Shown here: positions 58,897 to 64,000 of the stretch, piece by piece | Layout: every line of letters begins with the position of its first letter | Position numbering within the stretch: the first letter of the stretch is position 1 | Source of the DNA: Amoebidium appalachense | Lineage: Eukaryota; Protista; Ichthyosporea | Assembly (NCBI GenBank): GCA_963693365.1 | Contig: CAVNZM010000004.1 | Location: 9,080,468 to 9,144,467 of the forward strand | Reading direction: 5' to 3' | DNA: 64,000 nucleotides | Notes under the pieces: model-generated | The model's input: only the letters and a program-made list of their open reading frames with translations | What the model was told of the DNA's origin: nothing | Database searches by the model: none | Program-made: the position numbers and the translations under genes

Positions 58897-59492
58897 TTGG
58901 GGACGGGGGAAAGGGCTTATGGCACCTGTGGTTGGGATATCGGGGTCGATAGTGATAGGGGTTGATAGTAGATAGGGTGTAGGTCGTAGGTGGGAGGGGA
59001 AGGGGGGGGGGGGGGTGTGGAGGGGGGCCGGAGAGAGAAAGGTGGGGGGGGGGGGGGGGGGGGGGGGGGGGTAGTAATAACGGATCATGGACATTGTAGC
59101 TGGATCCGAACAGGGCATTAAGGGTGATGGTGGCGGCGGCGCGGGTGCCCCGGGGGGGGGGGGGGGAGGGGATGGCGGGAGGAGAAGGGGAGGAGGGAGG
59201 GGGGAGGAGAGAGAGAGTGTGTGAATGAGAGAGAGGGAGAGAGTGAGTGAGAGACAGGGAGAGAGAGGCGGGGGGGGGGGGGGGGGGGGAGAGAGAGAGT
59301 TAGAGAGGGGGGCCCCGGGGGTCGGGGTTAAGGGGGGGGGACGAAGGGGGGGGGGGGGGGAGGGAGATACCTTGTAAGGGAGGGGACAAAGGGTGAGCAG
59401 AGGCAGATGCCAAACGAAAAAAAGTCGGTGTGTGCATGTATGTGCATGTGTGTGTGCGTGTGGGCGCGTATGTGTGTGTGTGTGTGTGTCTC

Positions 59493-59542
<50 letters not shown>

Positions 59543-61054
59543 CGCGCGCGCGTGTATGTGTGTGTGTTCGTGTGTGTATGTGTGTATGTGTTTGTGTGTG
59601 TATGTGTTGGGGGGGAGAGGTGAAAAGGGAGGGGAGGGGGGAGGGGAAAGCCATCGTGAGCCTGAAGAACAGCATGCGTTAGAAAAATGCGCACACTTAC
59701 AAGCGCATTCTCAACAGGTAGAGCAGGCGGTTGAAGCAGCAGCTGAGAAGAATTCAGCAATTAGTCTTTTCCATTCAACGGCCGCTCTAAACGGTGATGC
59801 CTCGGACATACTGGGGCTACAGGTACAGACACCATATGTAGCGTTTATGGACGACAGCGTGATTCCTGGGCCCAACTATTTGGACGCACTCGCACGTGCG
59901 CTGACTGCGTGCGAGTTGCGGTGTGTGGTCGGGTCTGCCGCTGCTCATGTGCAGTGTGACGATTTGAAGAATCGGGAATCGAGATTTTGCCGTTCTCCTG
60001 GGTGAGTTGAACATGTTGAAAATAAGTGGTGTGTAGTGGACTGTGTTGCTCTATGTTTTCTTGTAATGGTGCAAGGTTTGGGTCCTGTTTTTTCGTTTGT
60101 TTTTTGTATTTATTCCACCCATTGTGAAAACCTTATTCCCCTTTTGGCAATCCAATGTATGGTTAGTGGACCTTCACAGGGTTGCGTACAAGTGAAGTTG
60201 GGTTGAGAGAGGTCACATGTTGTTTTTTGAGATTGTGTGTGCATGTCCAGGGGGGCAAGGTTTTTCTCTTCTGGCTCAGAGAGGCAGCAGTAGTGGGATC
60301 TCACTTAAATGGCCTATACTTGCACCCCCTAGCTACAAGCCAAATCATTCGTCGTTTTGCCTAGTGTTATCACGGTTCTTGGTTACTTAGACACATACTG
60401 GAAAGACGGGATGTACATGCTTCTATTGTCGGTATGTATCCGGTGTTAATCATGTTTCACTGTTTATCCGGTGTTAATCAAGCATTCCGGCCCGCAGTGA
60501 CACAGTGACTGGTGCAAAGGTTGGCATGCTGCACGGGGTATATATGGTGGATGCCAAGGCCGTGAAGTTGGCTTTTAGACTGCCAAAACTAAGCCTTTCA
60601 GAATCAGGTTGATATATCCCCCCCCTCCCCCCCCCCCCCCCCCCCCACCCCACCCCCCGCCTCCCCCGGGGACCCCTCCACCCACGCACCCACATCCACC
60701 CACACATCCCCCCCCCCCCCCAACCACCGCCACCAACACCCACACATCCACCCATCCATCTCCCTCCCCCCTCTCTCCTCATCCTCTCTTGGTGTATGTG
60801 TTGTAACGGGAGGTAAATGGGTTTACTGGTTTGCATGTCGTCGAACTGGGGATGGGGGTGCACATAGACGTAAGCACACACATCCACATCTACTCAAATA
60901 TAATTTTTTCCCGTCCTTGCTACACAAACGAGCACATACGCTTACACTGTCACGTACTTAATTAATAAGCCCACGTGCACACACGCACACACACACACAC
61001 ACCCTAAGCAGGCACGCACGCACGCACGCACGCACTCACACACGCATGCATGCA

Positions 61055-61103
<49 letters not shown>

Positions 61104-61203
61104 GTGCACACACACAGACACACACACATACACGGACACATTAACTCACTAACACGTTCTCACCACACATTCACTTGCTCAGTCCGCAATTGCCCACCTA
61201 CCC

Positions 61204-61234
<31 letters not shown>

Positions 61235-63705
61235 ACTCTCTCGCTCTCTACCCACGCTTACACAGGCGCATGCGTGCATCACTGTGCGTGACCATGGTAC
61301 CTGTTGGCCTGTATGATGTGCTCTTTGCAGAAGCGCATACACACACGTGTGCCTTCACACCAGTACAACCACATGCACAATTTAGCAATATTATGCTAGC
61401 GATTGACACATTTGGGTTGTTTATTGTCTGTTTCGTTAACCAGCAATATCTTGTTTTTAAAAAACATGCGGGACTTTGTGCCCTTGATTGCGAAGTGAGT
61501 TCAGGGCACTCTTGATGGCAACAATAAGTAGAATAAGACTACAGTGTTCTGGGTATACAACAGCTCAAATAAGATCAGGGTGCTTTAATAAGGAAAATAG
61601 TTAAAAGATACATACCCTGACGTGGTGAAATTGCACTATTTTATGAATTCCTTTCAAAGAGCATCTAGACTAACAACCATTTTTCCAACCATACAGTTCC
61701 CGGGGTGGAGAAAGTATCGCTCGCTGCACACACACTGGCCAATCTTCCGTCAGCTGTTGTCGTCGACAATCACGCAACCGATTTGGGTGCTCCTAGAGAA
61801 CTCTTACCCTCTCCATCTTTACGCTATTTGGAATCACTCGCCGCCCGTGGTTTTTCCCCGCTGGGAGAGCGTCGCGGTCATCGACAGGCAACCCATGTAT
61901 TCTTTGTAGACTCTGCACCTCAGGCGATTAAGATTAAAGATGAGTTTCTGCGTGTGCCGGCAAACGATAGACTTTTGCTTGCGTCTGGGCGTGATGGGTT
62001 TTCCACCTGCAATGCAGCTGTTCTGTTGGGCCTGGAACAGTCTGTATGCCCCCCCCCCCCCCCCCCCCCTCCACCAAAGAAAATTGCATTGCTTTTGCGA
62101 TCACTCTAGCAGTAGTATTTTGAGAAAAGCCACGGTACACAAGGGTTGCTATTGCAGTTTGATGCAGTCCTGTTGTTTGCGACGCAACGTATCATCCGAT
62201 TACTGCAGAGCCCCCCCCCCCCCCCCCCCCCCCCCCCTCCTTCTAGGGTAGATGGACCCTGTTAATGATGGATACCCTGTGCGTGTTCTTTGCGAAATCT
62301 GCCTTATGGTGTTCGTCGTGAATGTGCACTTTACACCCTGTGGCACGTTCTATTCCCCCCCCCCCCCCCCCCCCTCTTGTGCCCTCCCTGAAGATGGGCT
62401 CTGCTTATGACGCATACTTTGCGCATGGCTGATGTTGCATACTTCAATGTTTGCCTTTGCATGTGTCCTGCACGATGCTTCTCATCGTGTATGCGTACTT
62501 CGTATCGTGTTTTGCATTTAAACCCCCCCAGTCTTCTTTCAGAGGTGTCCTTTCAGGACAGACCACTGTGTGGAGACATCTTTACTTCCATGCAACCGGG
62601 CATGGTTGCTCTGTGTCGTGCATCTGTAAGCACATACGCATTTTTCGCTGCACTGCATTATTTTGCACACACACCTTCACCGTTTTGCTCACCTTGCTTG
62701 CATAAGCAACCCTGCTCGTCTTTGATCAAGACGGGTTGACCCACCCAAGTTCAGTTGATGCTGCTGTCTGAATTGGAGCGTCGTATATACGCGGGCTAAG
62801 GGGTCGAAACTCAGACGCAATTGATGACTTGGGCCCTCCCTGAGGATGGGCTCTGCTTATGACGCATACTGTGCGCATGGCTGATGTTGCATACTTGAAT
62901 GTTTTCCTTTGCATGTGTCCTGCACCATGCTTCTCATCGTGTATGCGTACTTCGTACCGTGTTCCGCATTCAAACCCCCCCCCCCCCCCCCCCTCTCCTC
63001 CCCCCCCCCTCCCGCCCCCGCCCTGGCCGCCCACCCGCCCGCCCGCCCGCCTGCGTGCACCTCTTCATAACCTGGGAAGCAAAAGCAAAGGATAAGAATA
63101 AAAGCAACATGGGAAAGAAAGAAAGCCCAGAAGTGTGGGTGCCATTGGTAATGGAGGAGTGAGGGAAAAGAAAGAAGGTAAGCCAAATAACAGAAAGAGG
63201 GAGGGGGAGAAGGAGAACAAAGTGCACAAAAAAGCCCAGCTAGTGCTGTTGATGTTTACCTTTGTACGACAGCTAAAGATGGAGGAAACTTGAAGATAGT
63301 ACTTTTTTTTGTTTATATGTCCTGTTCGGGCTGACACTTGTTGGGGACTAACAAAAAATAACCTATCCAGGAATGGGCCTATATCTACGATCTACACCTT
63401 ATCGAATGCTTCAGCCGCGCGATCCGATATGTCGACATTGTATCTGAGGTTATGTCCGGTGTGCAACGAGTACTTCGTGCAGTGGGTGCCACACACCTTC
63501 ATGTGGTGGTGGATGGAAGTCCGGCATCTTACGGCGCGGCCCTTGGTGCTTCTATAACAGGTGTATCAGTCGATGGAATAGGGATAGGAGTTGAGTGCAT
63601 GTCGGCACTATGTTCTTTAAGTTGGCTGGCGAAACAGGACGGTGGGATGTCTGCCGGTGGTCGAGCTATCGCAGTGCCAATTAGCAACGCGCAAACTGAA
63701 GACAG
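57609..63705 (+). CDS. Type II membrane GT-A/GT2-like glycosyltransferase resembling the plant At5g60700-type family; continues past the right edge
   Basis: In-phase exons 57609-57901, 58520-58736, 59718-60001, 60483-60607, 61697-62043 and 63371-63705; a small extra exon within 62044-63370 cannot be excluded. [39 protein letters not shown] and a DxD-like motif in [22 protein letters not shown]. The family call is from remembered similarity only. Confidence 0.7.
62692..62974 (+). repeat. Intronic structured repeat, full-length subtype B
   Basis: Near-identical to the reverse complement of 12163-12410. A second, 5'-truncated B unit lies at 62385-62523. Confidence 0.85.
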
Positions 63706-63890
63706 GTGTGATGTTTGTATAGAGAGATGTCTCATTAATCCTTCCCCCTTTTCCTTCAAGTTTCCTCTATTCCAACCCTGCAAGCTTGGTCGTTTTCATC
63801 CCGACACCACATCTTTTTCTGCTTGGTTTCCCTTTTGGCTAACGTCTCTGCTTCGTGCTCTTGTATGCGCGCCCGTGTGTGTATGTGTGT

Positions 63891-63934
<44 letters not shown>

Positions 63935-64000
63935 AAAAAAAAAAAAGGTGGGGGGGTGTGGGGGGGGGGGGGGGGGGGTGCCCTGGCTCCTTTCTTCCGT

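Overview
Eukaryotic, probably protist or algal, nuclear DNA. It has canonical GT-AG introns packed with (CA)n/(GA)n microsatellites and poly-C/G tracts, so nearly all of the supplied short ORFs are repeat artefacts. I assembled eight protein-coding genes by hand with phase-consistent splicing. At the left edge (3' end outside the window) is a bifunctional 6-phosphofructo-2-kinase/fructose-2,6-bisphosphatase carrying an AMPK-beta-like CBM48 glycogen-binding domain. It is followed by about 49 kb in which all seven recognisable genes look like Golgi glycan-processing genes: three type II membrane SAM methyltransferases, a two-domain glycosyltransferase (RAY1-N/bacterial GT-A-like plus a degenerate LARGE/GT49-like domain), an SLC35A nucleotide-sugar transporter, a GT61 and a plant-type GT2-like protein. 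Six of the seven lie in three head-to-head pairs, which suggests a methylated-glycan biosynthetic gene cluster. The introns also carry more than 20 copies or fragments of one repeat family. Its head folds into a covarying kink-turn RNA structure, and every intronic copy I found is co-oriented with its host gene. Other elements are a young non-autonomous LTR retroelement with identical LTRs, a hAT-type MITE with a perfect TSD, other MITE-like elements and an AT-rich foreign-looking insertion. Family assignments come from motif recognition, not from database searches.
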